A DNA stretch of 64,000 bases. Source: Hyphomicrobiales bacterium (GTDB lineage Bacteria; Bacteroidota; Bacteroidia; Bacteroidales; JBGRPZ01). This document shows, piece by piece, positions 1 through 9,731 of this stretch. The stretch spans positions 66,198 through 130,197 of the forward strand of contig JBGRPZ010000001.1 in the NCBI GenBank assembly GCA_041725915.1. Direction: 5' to 3'. How positions within the stretch are numbered: position 1 is the first letter of the stretch; each line of letters opens with the position of its first letter. The notes beneath the pieces are model-generated. The model saw nothing but the letters and a program-made list of their open reading frames with translations, did no database searches and had not been told where the DNA came from. The translations under genes and the position numbers were made by a program.

Positions 1-891
1 GGATGGTTTACTGATGGAGCGATGGTTTATAACTTCAATGAGTTTATCCAGAATGGTAAGAAAAACGAAATAGGTGTTACTGAAACTCCATTTGGTTATC
101 ATGTTATTCAGATTGCTGATAAAAACCAAGCTAAAGAGGTTTATAGAATTGCAATGGTTGAAAGAAAATTAGAGCCTTCTGATAAAACTTTCCAGAACAC
201 TTACCAAATGGCATCTAAATTTGCTGCTGAAAACAGAAATATTGATCAATTCAACAAAACTGTTGAAGATGAAGGTCTAAATAGCAGAACTGCTAATTCT
301 GTAAAAGCAAATGCTGCTTATATCGCTGGTCTTGATTCTCCAAGAGAGATAATCAAGTGGGCTTTCAATGAAAATACTGAAACAGGTGCTGTTTCTGATG
401 TTTTTGAAATGGATAAGAAGTATGTTGTTGCTGTAGTTTCTAAGAAAAAAGCTGCTGGTATCCCTCCTTTAGCTGAAATCAAAGATGATATCAAGAAATA
501 TGTTATCGATGAGAAAAAAGGTGAATACTTAGCTGCTCAAATGAAAGGTGATAACCTAAACGAAATAGGAAGAGAAATTAATGGTGATGTTGAAGATGTA
601 AACTCTATATCTTTCACAAGCCGTAATATTCCTGGATTCGGTATGGAGAATAAAGTTATTGGAAACATCTTTGCTTCTAAAGAAGGTGCTCTTACTAAAG
701 CTATCATTGGCAATAGTGCTGCATTCAAAATTAAAGTTGAAAAGATTATTCCTGCTACTGAGAAAGAAGATCTTTCTTCAGTAAAAACGTCTCTTCAATC
801 TGACTTCTCTATGAGAGTAAATAATGGCTATTTATTCAGAGCTCTTGAAGATAAAACAGAAATAAAAGATCATAGAATCTTATTCTATTAA
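1..891 (+). CDS. Peptidyl-prolyl cis-trans isomerase, PpiD/SurA-like (C-terminal part; 5-prime end lies outside the window)
   Basis: The frame is open back to base 1 (GWFTDGAMVYNF...). ETPFGYHVIQIADK looks like the end of a parvulin-type rotamase domain and is followed by a chaperone-like tail. A strong hairpin terminator follows. Confidence 0.65.
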   Translation, partial: GWFTDGAMVYNFNEFIQNGKKNEIGVTETPFGYHVIQIADKNQAKEVYRIAMVERKLEPSDKTFQNTYQMASKFAAENRNIDQFNKTVEDEGLNSRTANSVKANAAYIAGLDSPREIIKWAFNENTETGAVSDVFEMDKKYVVAVVSKKKAAGIPPLAEIKDDIKKYVIDEKKGEYLAAQMKGDNLNEIGREINGDVEDVNSISFTSRNIPGFGMENKVIGNIFASKEGALTKAIIGNSAAFKIKVEKIIPATEKEDLSSVKTSLQSDFSMRVNNGYLFRALEDKTEIKDHRILFY

Positions 892-916
892 TAATCTTTT
901 TAAGATCATATAGAAA

Positions 917-954
917 AAGAGAGAAGCAAGATCATTGCTTCTCTCTTTTTGTTT
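917..954 (+). terminator. Rho-independent terminator after the PPIase gene
   Basis: 12-bp perfect stem (aagagagaagca / tgcttctctctt), 7-nt loop, then TTTGTTT. Confidence 0.8.
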
Positions 955-1249
955 ATAGCCATTTCTAATAAAATTACTGTCTTCTTCTCTGTTCTCTTTA
1001 ATCCTGATATTCATCTTCACTTTATTTCATATAAATAAGTTTCAACTCTTAACGTTGGTTTACTATACATAAATTCTGGGTTTCTTTTTGACTTTCGTTT
1101 AATATATGCATATTGACGAATTTTATTTAAGACTGTATAATTCAGTTATTTTTGTAATTTTGCGAGCAATTTTTATTTTGCTTGAACAATACCTGTATAG
1201 TAGAAAAATTAGGAGTAAAATCAACAGAACTATTTAAAAGACTTTTTAA

Positions 1250-4200
1250 ATGGACAAGAAATATTCAGAATACAAATTGAATCTCTCCAAAATTGGAGAT
1301 GAAATACGCAAAAGGTGGGAAGATAACAATACCTTTACCAAGGGTCTCGAAATGACTAAAGACAATAAACCTTTTGTATTTTATGAAGGACCTCCTTCAG
1401 CTAATGGAACACCTGGTATTCACCATGTGATGGCACGTACTATTAAAGATATATTTTGTCGTTTCCAATCACTTAAAGGCCGTCATGTAAAAAGAAAAGC
1501 AGGCTGGGATACTCATGGATTACCTGTAGAAATAGGTGTTGAGAAAAGTCTTGGTATTACTAAAGAAGATATTGGTAGTAAGATTTCTGTTGAGGACTAT
1601 AATAAGGCCTGCCGTAAGGAAGTTATGAAGTATAAAGATATGTGGGATGATCTAACCAAAGAAATGGGCTATTGGGTAGATCTTGACAATCCATATATCA
1701 CTTTTGATAATAAATATATCGAATCAGTATGGTGGCTATTGAGTCAATTGTATAACAAAGGGGTTTTATATAAAGGTTATACTATCCAACCATTCTCTCC
1801 TGCAGCAGGTACAGGATTAAGTACTCATGAACTGAATCAGCCTGGTTGCTATCGTGATGTAAAAGATAATACTCTTGTTGCTCAATTTAAGGTAGTGAAG
1901 AATGAGAAATCTGACTTCCTATTTGATGATCTTCATGGAGATCTTTTCTTCTTAGCATGGACAACTACTCCTTGGACACTTCCTTCAAATACAGCTCTTG
2001 CTGTAGGTAAAAAGATTGACTATATAAAAGTAAAGACATTCAACTCTTATACAGGCAAACCTATTACTGTTGTATTAGGAAAAGATCTTAAAGAAAAATA
2101 TTTCCCAGAAAAGAATGCAGAACTTAAGCTTGAAGACTTTGAATTAGGTCAAAAGCAATTACCATATGAAGTGGTTGCTGAGTTTAAAGGTGCAGATCTA
2201 GACGGTGTAAGATATGAGCAATTACTTCCATATGACCAACCTGAAGAAGGCGATGCTTTTAGGGTAATTCTTGGTGACTTTGTTACTACAGAAGACGGAA
2301 CTGGTATTGTACATATTGCTCCTAGCTTTGGTGCTGATGACTTCCGTGTTGCTCAACAGAATGGCATTGGTACTTTGACTATGGTTGAAAAAACTGGTCG
2401 TTTCAATGAAAAGATGGGTGAGTTTGCAAATCGTTTTGTAAAACCAGAGTATGAGCCTGACTTTGATCCAAAGAAAACTGTCCCTATTGATGTAGATATC
2501 ATCATCAAATTAAAAAAGGAAAACAGAGCTTTTAAATCAGAAAAGTATTCTCACTCCTACCCTCATTGCTGGAGAACTGATAAGCCTATCTTATATTATC
2601 CTTTGGATTCATGGTTTGTAAAAACTACTGACTATAAGGAAAGAATGATTGAGCTAAACAAAACTATCAACTGGAAGCCTGAGGCTACAGGTATTGGTCG
2701 TTTTGGTAATTGGTTGGAAAACCTTGTTGATTGGAACTTATCAAGATCTCGTTTCTGGGGCATCCCTTTGCCTATATGGACTTCTGAAGATAGAGAAGAA
2801 CAGATATGCATTGGTTCTGCTGAAGAATTAAAAGCTGAAATAGATAAGTCTATTGCTGCTGGCTTTATGGATGCTAATCCTTTGGCTAACTTCAAGCCAG
2901 GAGATATGTCAAAAGAAAACTATGATACTTTCGACTTACATCGTCCTTATGCTGACAGAATCATTCTTGTTTCTCCTTCAGGAAAGCCAATGACTCGTGA
3001 AGCTGATCTTATTGATGTTTGGTTTGATAGTGGCTCAATGCCTTATGCTCAGCTGCATTATCCATTCGAAAATAAAGATTTCTTCGAGAAGAATTTCCCT
3101 GCAGATTTTATTGCTGAAGGTGTTGACCAAACTCGTGGTTGGTTCTTTACTCTTCATGCTATAGCTACAATGGTATTTGATAGTGTAGCTTTTAAAACTG
3201 TAGTTTCTAATGGTCTTGTTCTTGATAAAAAAGGAAACAAGATGTCTAAACGCCTTGGTAATGGTGTTGATCCTTTTGAAACTATCAACAAGTTTGGACC
3301 TGATGCTACAAGATGGTATATGATTACCAATGCTCAACCTTGGGATAACCTTAAGTTTGATGTAAGTGGTATAGCAGAAGTTCAAAGGAAGTTCTTTGGT
3401 ACTTTATTCAATACTTATTCTTTCTTCTCTTTATATGCAAATATTGATGGATTTAAATATCAAGAAGATGATATTGCTATTGAAAAAAGACCTGAGATTG
3501 ACAGATGGATACTTTCGCAGCTAAATACTCTTATCAAGCAAGTTGAAGCTGCTTATAAAGATTTTGAACCTACTCGTGCTGGTCGTTTCATTCAAGAGTT
3601 CCTTGATGAACATCTTAGTAATTGGTATGTAAGATTATGTAGAAGAAGATTCTGGAAAGGTGATTATAGTGAAGATAAGATTTCTGCTTATCAAACATTA
3701 TACAGATGCCTTGAGGTTATCGCTCAACTAGGGTCTCCTATAGCTCCTTTCTTCATGGATAAGCTATTTATGGATCTGAATGAGGTAAGTGGTCGCTTTG
3801 ATGTTGAATCTATTCACCATAGCACATTCCCTGTTGCTGATGACACTCTTATTGATAAAGATCTGGAAGAAAGAATGCAGCTTGCTCAAAAGATCTCTTC
3901 TATGGTTTTATCATTAAGAAAGAAAGATCGATTAAAAGTAAGACAACCACTGAACAAAATAATGATTCCTGTGTTGGATGAGAGATTCAAACAACAAGTT
4001 CAAGCTGTTGAATCTCTGATACTTTCTGAAGTAAATATCAAAGAAATTGAGTATCTTACAGACGCTTCCGGAGTCCTTGTTAAGAAAATCAAACCTGACT
4101 TTAAGGTCTTGGGACCTAAGTATGGTAAATTGATGAAACAAATATCAGGAAGCATCAATCAGATGACACAAGACGATATTAAAGTTCTTGAACAGACTGG

Positions 4201-4612
4201 TCAGTTTGAAATTCAAGCGGGAGATCAAGCTATAACTATAAGCCCTTCTGATGTTGAAATCCTTACTGAAGATATCCCTGGATGGAGTGTCGCAAATCAA
4301 GATTCTATAACTGTTGCTCTTGATATCACTCTTACTCCTGAACTTATCGATGAAGGTATGGCTAGAGAGCTTATTAACAAGATTCAGAATATCAGAAAAG
4401 AACAAGGTTTTGAAGTTACTGACAGAATACATCTATGGATCAAGAAACATCCTGAATGTGTAGAAGCTATCGAAAAATTTAAGGATAGAATCAGTAATGA
4501 AACTTTATCTGTTCTAGAAGTTTGCGAAGATCTTCATGATGAGAATTTCCATAATATTCCTTTAAATGAGACACTGGAAATACAAGCTAAAGTTGAAAAA
4601 ATAGCTGAGTAA
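1250..4612 (+). CDS. ileS: Isoleucine--tRNA ligase (long, type-2-like form)
   Basis: 1120 aa. HIGH-region PGIHHVMART, KMSKS motif KMSKRLGN, and DWNLSRSRFWG (equivalent to the DWCISRQRYWG box of IleRS). Confidence 0.95.
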   Translation: MDKKYSEYKLNLSKIGDEIRKRWEDNNTFTKGLEMTKDNKPFVFYEGPPSANGTPGIHHVMARTIKDIFCRFQSLKGRHVKRKAGWDTHGLPVEIGVEKSLGITKEDIGSKISVEDYNKACRKEVMKYKDMWDDLTKEMGYWVDLDNPYITFDNKYIESVWWLLSQLYNKGVLYKGYTIQPFSPAAGTGLSTHELNQPGCYRDVKDNTLVAQFKVVKNEKSDFLFDDLHGDLFFLAWTTTPWTLPSNTALAVGKKIDYIKVKTFNSYTGKPITVVLGKDLKEKYFPEKNAELKLEDFELGQKQLPYEVVAEFKGADLDGVRYEQLLPYDQPEEGDAFRVILGDFVTTEDGTGIVHIAPSFGADDFRVAQQNGIGTLTMVEKTGRFNEKMGEFANRFVKPEYEPDFDPKKTVPIDVDIIIKLKKENRAFKSEKYSHSYPHCWRTDKPILYYPLDSWFVKTTDYKERMIELNKTINWKPEATGIGRFGNWLENLVDWNLSRSRFWGIPLPIWTSEDREEQICIGSAEELKAEIDKSIAAGFMDANPLANFKPGDMSKENYDTFDLHRPYADRIILVSPSGKPMTREADLIDVWFDSGSMPYAQLHYPFENKDFFEKNFPADFIAEGVDQTRGWFFTLHAIATMVFDSVAFKTVVSNGLVLDKKGNKMSKRLGNGVDPFETINKFGPDATRWYMITNAQPWDNLKFDVSGIAEVQRKFFGTLFNTYSFFSLYANIDGFKYQEDDIAIEKRPEIDRWILSQLNTLIKQVEAAYKDFEPTRAGRFIQEFLDEHLSNWYVRLCRRRFWKGDYSEDKISAYQTLYRCLEVIAQLGSPIAPFFMDKLFMDLNEVSGRFDVESIHHSTFPVADDTLIDKDLEERMQLAQKISSMVLSLRKKDRLKVRQPLNKIMIPVLDERFKQQVQAVESLILSEVNIKEIEYLTDASGVLVKKIKPDFKVLGPKYGKLMKQISGSINQMTQDDIKVLEQTGQFEIQAGDQAITISPSDVEILTEDIPGWSVANQDSITVALDITLTPELIDEGMARELINKIQNIRKEQGFEVTDRIHLWIKKHPECVEAIEKFKDRISNETLSVLEVCEDLHDENFHNIPLNETLEIQAKVEKIAE

Positions 4613-4629
4613 TCAGTTTTACTATATAA

Positions 4630-4686
4630 AAAGATTTCCCGTGATTGTCTATTCTCTTTCAATCTATATGGGAAATCTTTTTAAAT
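4630..4686 (+). terminator. Hairpin downstream of ileS (possible terminator or attenuator)
   Basis: 11-bp perfect stem aaagatttccc / gggaaatcttt with a 29-nt loop, followed by TTAAATTT. It lies inside the N-terminal extension of the ORF-track call 4641..5135. Confidence 0.4.
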
Positions 4687-4739
4687 TTACCTCCATTGAA
4701 TCTGAATTTCCAAATTTACTAACCTTAAAATTCAAGATT

Positions 4740-5135
4740 ATGCAAAACTCAGATGATAATAAAATTCGATATTCTGATGAAGAATTGAATGAATTCAAAG
4801 AAATCATTCTTCACAAGCTTAGTAAAGCTCGTCAGGATCTGGATTTGCTTACAGAAGCTTATACTGGCACAAGTGAGCATGATATTTCTGATACTTCACC
4901 AACATTTAAAGTTCTTGAAGAAGGTCATCAAGTGCTTTCAAAAGAGGAAAACAGCCGTCTTGCTGCAAGACAACAAAAGTTTATCTCTGCTCTTGAAAAT
5001 GCACTTATAAGAATTGAAAATAAAACTTATGGAGTTTGTCGCTCTACAGGAAAATTAATCTCAAAAGAAAGACTTAGAATTGTTCCTCATGCTACATTAA
5101 GTATTGATGCTAAGCTTAAGGAAAACGATAAGTAA
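4740..5135 (+). CDS. DksA/TraR-family zinc-finger-like regulator
   Basis: C-terminal YGVCRSTGKLISKERLRIVPHATLS resembles the TraR/DksA C-terminal motif. The ileS / dksA-like / lspA order is a conserved Bacteroidota arrangement. The internal ATG at 4740 (MQNSDDNKIRYSDEEL) is preferred because the upstream extension contains a hairpin. Confidence 0.7.
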   Translation: MQNSDDNKIRYSDEELNEFKEIILHKLSKARQDLDLLTEAYTGTSEHDISDTSPTFKVLEEGHQVLSKEENSRLAARQQKFISALENALIRIENKTYGVCRSTGKLISKERLRIVPHATLSIDAKLKENDK

Positions 5136-5163
5136 GTCATAATTACTTAATACTTTATCAATA

Positions 5164-5802
5164 TTGAAGAAGTCATATCTGGTTTTTGTTATCTTTTTTC
5201 TTAGTTTGATACTTGATCAAACACTAAAACTTTTTATCAAACTGAACTATAGAATAGGACAAGAATCGAATTTTATTGGAGATTGGCTAAAGCTTTATTT
5301 TATAGAGAATAATGGGATGGCTTTGAATTATTCCTTTATTGGAATAAATGGAAAAGTATTTCTTGTTGCTCTTAGATTAATCATTGCGTTTGTATTAACC
5401 TTTTTTATCTTTCGCTTTCTCAAAAAGAATATACGACTAATTCCTGTTTTAGGTCTTGTTTTTATACTAGCTGGAACTATAGGTAACTTGATAGATAATA
5501 CTTTTTATGGTCTTTTCTTTTCCGAAAGCACCAAGTATTCTTATTCTGAATTCCTTGCGAATGGGAATGGATATGCTCCTGCCTTTGATGGAAAAGTGGT
5601 AGACATGCTACAATTAAACCTTGTTGATATAAGTAAAGAAAATGCCCCAAAATGGTTGCCTGATATGTTTTATGGATATGATGGAAGATTTAAACTATTT
5701 CGGTTTGTTTTTAATCTTGCTGATTTGTTTATCATAATAGGCGTAGTTATAGCATTATTCTTTGATTTTAAATCGAAAGAAAAACAGAGAAGCATTATAT
5801 AA
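5164..5802 (+). CDS. lspA: Lipoprotein signal peptidase II
   Basis: Multi-TM protein with GNLIDN, VVDML and FNLADLFI motifs (catalytic Asp contexts of LspA). TTG start; no nearby ATG preserves the first TM helix. Confidence 0.8.
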   Translation: MKKSYLVFVIFFLSLILDQTLKLFIKLNYRIGQESNFIGDWLKLYFIENNGMALNYSFIGINGKVFLVALRLIIAFVLTFFIFRFLKKNIRLIPVLGLVFILAGTIGNLIDNTFYGLFFSESTKYSYSEFLANGNGYAPAFDGKVVDMLQLNLVDISKENAPKWLPDMFYGYDGRFKLFRFVFNLADLFIIIGVVIALFFDFKSKEKQRSII

Positions 5803-5930
5803 GATATTCAATAGCAGCCATCCTTAAATATATAATATATGACAATTAAGGGTGGCTTCCCTCCTGAATCTCTTTCCGAGTTTATAATTTCAGATAAAAT
5901 ATTATAATAATCACCTTTTGTATAAAACAC

Positions 5931-5956
5931 AAAAAGCCGATCTAATGATCAGCTTT
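5931..5956 (-). terminator. Terminator downstream of tRNA-Arg
   Basis: On the minus strand: GCTGATC-ATTA-GATCGGC hairpin (one mismatch) followed by TTTTTGTG. Confidence 0.55.
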
Positions 5957-5962
5957 CGTATG

Positions 5963-6034
5963 TAGCCCCTAGTGGAATCGAACCACTATCTAAAGTTTAG
6001 GAAACTTCCATTCTATCCGTTGAACTAAGGGGCC
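5963..6034 (-). tRNA. tRNA-Arg (anticodon CCU)
   Basis: Hand-folded cloverleaf from GGCCCCTTAGTTCAACGGATAGAATGGAAGTTTCCTAAACTTTAGATAGTGGTTCGATTCCACTAGGGGCTA. 7-bp acceptor stem (G1:U wobble), GTTCGATTC T-loop, anticodon loop TTCCTAA. Confidence 0.85.
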
Positions 6035-6232
6035 GTAATTTTCTGCAAAAATCTACTTTTTATTTATAAAAAGCAAATTTTTTATACTCTTGTGTATACT
6101 GTATAACTAACATTCAATCTCTAATTTTCGTATAAATGGATTGTATTTCTCTTATTTCATTGTAAATAATGAAATAAGAAAGAATCACTATACATTATAA
6201 GAAGGAGTGTTCTATTATAATATTACAATTTT

Positions 6233-6240
6233 TATATTTG
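6233..6240 (+). promoter_or_regulatory. Candidate Bacteroidota -7 promoter box (TAnnTTTG) upstream of rfbA
   Basis: TATATTTG matches the TAnnTTTG consensus, 22 nt before the ATG at 6262. No clean -33 TTTG was seen. The TTG used as ORF-track start (6238) is part of this box. Confidence 0.3.
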
Positions 6241-6261
6241 CTTCAAAACAAATACAATTCC

Positions 6262-7140
6262 ATGAAAGGTATAATTTTAGCCGGAGGCTCTGGAACCAGA
6301 CTTTATCCTGTAACACAAGTTGTTTCAAAGCAGTTACTTCCTATATACGATAAACCTATGATTTTTTACCCTTTGTCAACATTGATGTTGGCTGGCATAA
6401 GGGAAATACTTATCATCTCAACACCTACAGACTTACCTCTATATGAAAAGCTTTTAGGGACAGGTGAACAATGGGGGGTTGAATTCTCTTATGTTGAGCA
6501 ACCTTCTCCTGATGGACTAGCTCAGGCCTTTATTCTAGGTGAAGAATTTATAGGTGATGATGATGTTTGTCTTGTGTTAGGAGATAACATCTTCTATGGC
6601 TACAGCTTTAGCAAGCTATTACAAGACTCTGTCAAACTAGTTGAAGAAGAAAACAAAGCTGCTATATTTGGATACTATGTAAATGAACCCCAGCGATATG
6701 GTGTCGCTGAGTTTAATAGCAATGGAGATGTTATCTCTCTGGAAGAGAAACCTTCAGATCCAAAGTCAAATTATGCTGTAGTAGGTTTATACTTCTATCC
6801 AAATTCTGTTATTGAGATAGCTAAGAATGTAAAACCTTCGGCAAGAGGAGAGCTTGAAATCACTTCAGTAAATGAAGAATATCTGAAAAGACAACAATTG
6901 AAGATGAGAAATATGGGTAGAGGCTTTGCTTGGTTGGATACAGGAACTCATGATTCTTTGGTTGCTGCTGCAAGCTTTATTGAAACAATAGAAAAACGAC
7001 AAGGACTGAAGGTCGCTTGTTTGGAAGAGATTGCCTATCGAAAAGGTTTTATAAATACAAAGCAAGTAGAAGAAGCCATAAATAAACTTGGTAATAGCTC
7101 ATATGGAGATTATCTCAAGAGGATGTTAAAAGAATTATAA
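6262..7140 (+). CDS. rfbA: Glucose-1-phosphate thymidylyltransferase
   Basis: [18 protein letters not shown] (GGxGTRLxPxT signature). Length and remaining sequence are typical of RmlA. ATG 6262 is preferred to the upstream TTG 6238. Confidence 0.92.
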   Translation: MKGIILAGGSGTRLYPVTQVVSKQLLPIYDKPMIFYPLSTLMLAGIREILIISTPTDLPLYEKLLGTGEQWGVEFSYVEQPSPDGLAQAFILGEEFIGDDDVCLVLGDNIFYGYSFSKLLQDSVKLVEEENKAAIFGYYVNEPQRYGVAEFNSNGDVISLEEKPSDPKSNYAVVGLYFYPNSVIEIAKNVKPSARGELEITSVNEEYLKRQQLKMRNMGRGFAWLDTGTHDSLVAAASFIETIEKRQGLKVACLEEIAYRKGFINTKQVEEAINKLGNSSYGDYLKRMLKEL

Positions 7141-7141
7141 G

Positions 7142-7711
7142 ATGGAAGTAATTAATACAGAAATTCCTGAAGTAAAGATTATTGTTCCTAAAGTATTTGG
7201 AGACTCCAGAGGTTATTTTATGGAAACCTTCAGAAGCTCTACATTCAAAGAGAAAGTCGCTAATGTTGACTTTATTCAGGAAAATGAATCTTCATCATCA
7301 TATGGAGTACTTAGAGGTTTACATTTTCAAAAGCCTCCTTATTCTCAGGGGAAACTTGTAAGAGTAATAAAAGGTAAAGTAATTGATGTTGCAGTAGATC
7401 TAAGAACTGATAGCCCTACCTATGGTAAGTATGTTGCTGTTGAGCTATCGGAGGAGAATAAGAAACAACTTTGGGTTCCTCGTGGTTTTGCCCATGGTTA
7501 TATAGTATTGAGTGAGTCTGCAATCTTTGCATATAAGTGTGATCAATATTACTGTCCAGATGCTGAAGATGGTATTATGTGGAATGATAAGACTATAAAT
7601 ATTGATTGGAAGCTTCCAAAAGAAGATATCCAAACTAGTGAGAAAGATAAAGAGTATAAAGCCTTCAAATCAAGAAGCTTCTATTCTTCTGCTGACTTTA
7701 TAAAAGAGTAA
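7142..7711 (+). CDS. rfbC: dTDP-4-dehydrorhamnose 3,5-epimerase
   Basis: Cupin protein with FGDSRGYF, RGLHFQ and GKLVRV...DVAVDLR motifs. Starts 1 nt after the rfbA stop. Confidence 0.92.
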   Translation: MEVINTEIPEVKIIVPKVFGDSRGYFMETFRSSTFKEKVANVDFIQENESSSSYGVLRGLHFQKPPYSQGKLVRVIKGKVIDVAVDLRTDSPTYGKYVAVELSEENKKQLWVPRGFAHGYIVLSESAIFAYKCDQYYCPDAEDGIMWNDKTINIDWKLPKEDIQTSEKDKEYKAFKSRSFYSSADFIKE

Positions 7712-7715
7712 TAAC

Positions 7716-7740
7716 AAAAAAAGCCCAATGGGCTTTTTTT
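7716..7740. terminator. Bidirectional terminator between convergent genes
   Basis: AAAAAAAGCCC-AAT-GGGCTTTTTTT: a short GC stem flanked by an A-run and a T-run. Confidence 0.8.
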
Positions 7741-7741
7741 G

Positions 7742-8164
7742 TTAATTATATATGGGCTTTCCCCATTCATCTTTAATTCTTTTGTGCTTTTTAGGATAAT
7801 AAGTATCTTTTGATCTACCCCATAATCTATCCCAAAAAGATCCTTTAGGATGAGTTCTCCTTGGTTTGTTTAATTTTTTTGCTCGTTTGTAGGATGCTTT
7901 CATCCTTTTACGGGTTTCTTCTGATTGAGCAGCATAATGCTCATCAAGCTTTTTACAATATGCTTTCCAATCTTCTTTGGCCTCTTTTTCTTTTCTACGA
8001 GCTTCTCTTCGTCCATCTTTTATTTCTTTCCGTATAGACTTCCTTCGAGCACGTTCTTCCTGTACTTGAAATTCATAGGTATATATTTCAGCTGAAGAAG
8101 AACATGAAGTTAATAGCTTTATACTAGTAAGTAAAAGAAAGACGACAACGAATAAACGTGTCAT
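7742..8164 (-). CDS. Hypothetical Lys/Arg-rich lipoprotein
   Basis: Signal peptide with lipobox (LLTSC), then a highly basic low-complexity region (RKEIKDGRREARRKEKEAKE). No recognisable domain. Confidence 0.5.
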   Translation of the reverse strand: MTRLFVVVFLLLTSIKLLTSCSSSAEIYTYEFQVQEERARRKSIRKEIKDGRREARRKEKEAKEDWKAYCKKLDEHYAAQSEETRKRMKASYKRAKKLNKPRRTHPKGSFWDRLWGRSKDTYYPKKHKRIKDEWGKPIYN

Positions 8165-8189
8165 ATCAATTTAGTTATGCCCTGATTAA

Positions 8190-8648
8190 TTATTTATTAT
8201 TGAATACACGCAAGGTAATACCGTCATAAACAGCCTTTAATCTATATAAAGGATATCTCCCGGGGCCTTCCTGTATTCCCCCTGTTATAATATTATATTT
8301 AGCATCCATACAAGTATCGATTACCCAAGGGAAATCAACGACAAGATGGGTATAGTTGTCTCCATTGAAGCATTCATTTGGAGAGTTTGGAGGAGTACGT
8401 TCATAAGCAAAGAATTCATCGGGAGTATTTCTATAAACAATAACTCCACGACTTGGTGCTTGAGTGGTAATATATTCCCATCCACCAACTGTATTCAACC
8501 TTATAAACTGAGTTGAGTTTGGATCAATAGCAAAGTTAATTCTACCTAATTTAATATTAGGGTTTTCTTCTTTTTTGCAACTTGACTGAGAAAAAAGTAT
8601 GGAGATAAATATTATTATACCTGATAATATCTTTACATTTCCTTTCAT
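8190..8648 (-). CDS. Hypothetical lipoprotein (possibly a degenerate Rieske-like fold)
   Basis: Signal peptide plus lipobox (SQSSC). GVIVYRNTPDEFFAYERT...GPGRYPLYRLKAVYDGITLRVFN resembles the Rieske-domain sequence pattern but lacks the Cys/His cluster ligands. The fold assignment is inference only. Confidence 0.5.
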   Translation of the reverse strand: MKGNVKILSGIIIFISILFSQSSCKKEENPNIKLGRINFAIDPNSTQFIRLNTVGGWEYITTQAPSRGVIVYRNTPDEFFAYERTPPNSPNECFNGDNYTHLVVDFPWVIDTCMDAKYNIITGGIQEGPGRYPLYRLKAVYDGITLRVFNNK

Positions 8649-8838
8649 TTCTAGGAATTAAGTTAATATTTACAGCGAATTTATTCAATTAAATTGAGAT
8701 ATATAAAGTTTTTCTTTAGCTAAATATATCATATGATATGAGTTGTCACCCTATAATCACTATTTAAGCAAACGATAAATATTTATCTAAATTACAGCTC
8801 TCTTGAAGAGAAGAATAGCTTGCAAAATTGAAGATAAA

Positions 8839-8920
8839 GTTTTGTCGGGCTTATTTTTACTTTTGTCGGGCTTAAAACAAATACCTTCGAGCTTAAAACT
8901 ACTTTTGTCGGGCTTAAAAT
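8839..8920. repeat. Four phased copies (21-bp period) of the motif TTTTGTCGGGCTTAAAA
   Basis: GTCGGGCTTA / GTCGGGCTTA / TTCGAGCTTA / GTCGGGCTTA, with the central C at 8846, 8867, 8888 and 8909. Confidence 0.85.
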
Positions 8921-8924
8921 ACAA

Positions 8925-8958
8925 TCAAAGATAAAGCTACCCCCTAATGAAGGTAGCT
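8925..8958 (-). terminator. Putative terminator of the 9028..9609 gene
   Basis: 7-bp stem agctacc / ggtagct with a 10-nt loop. On the minus strand it is followed by TTATCTTTG. Confidence 0.4.
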
Positions 8959-9027
8959 TATTGCTTTATTAACCATTAATACTTTATTATTAAGCAGTTT
9001 ATGGAATTGCGATATAGCCCCTAATGA

Positions 9028-9609
9028 CTACTCGACTTTAAAACCAAAATTAGGCTGAATACTTTTTTCATAATTAGAATTCAAGTAGAAAGTAAAAGGA
9101 GCTTTTATCTCCTTTGGAATAGGAATCTCTATATAGTTCCACCAACCTTTACCATCAGGTAAGTTAGGTGGTTGATACTTTAGTTTTCCTTTCCATATTA
9201 GTGTTTTGTCATTTTGATAAATAGAGGCATAATAATACCCTGGATTGGCTTTTCTTTCTGAGTATCTCGTCACATATAGGAATATGATTCCTCCAGGAGC
9301 ACTTTGTTGAAGGAACTCAAGAACACCATCAGCTTCTTCCTGATCAATAGATTTATCAGATTTTATCTGTTCTCTAACCTGATCAGCAGTTTTATAAGCT
9401 ATAGTTGTGATAGGGGCAAAGTTATAGTTGGCTTGATTACCTTGACCACCACCAAATATCATGGTTATAGTATGTTCATATAAATGATGAGGTTGATTGT
9501 CAAACCAAGGACCTTCTGTCATTTCATCAGGTATAGATGATTGTGCTGATATCATGCAGGGAAATGCCAGAATGAATAGGAATAAAATATATCTAAACGA
9601 TCGATTCAT
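9028..9609 (-). CDS. Hypothetical secreted protein
   Basis: N-terminal signal peptide (FLFILAFPCMISAQ). No recognised motif. Last gene of the putative metal-uptake cluster. Confidence 0.5.
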   Translation of the reverse strand: MNRSFRYILFLFILAFPCMISAQSSIPDEMTEGPWFDNQPHHLYEHTITMIFGGGQGNQANYNFAPITTIAYKTADQVREQIKSDKSIDQEEADGVLEFLQQSAPGGIIFLYVTRYSERKANPGYYYASIYQNDKTLIWKGKLKYQPPNLPDGKGWWNYIEIPIPKEIKAPFTFYLNSNYEKSIQPNFGFKVE

Positions 9610-9731
9610 GATAATAGATTTTAGTAGTAGAATATAGAAATGGCATATAATAATAAGTACAGAAAAGATATTTAAAGATAAGCAATATTAGTATTAATTG
9701 CAGGAAAACAGGTATTTAATTTATCATGAGG

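Noticed and set aside
4641-4739. N-terminal extension of the DksA-like ORF (ORF-track start 4641, a GTG).
   Set aside because: The extension contains the ileS-distal hairpin (4630-4686) and is hydrophobic junk. The ATG at 4740 gives a typical DksA/TraR-sized protein.
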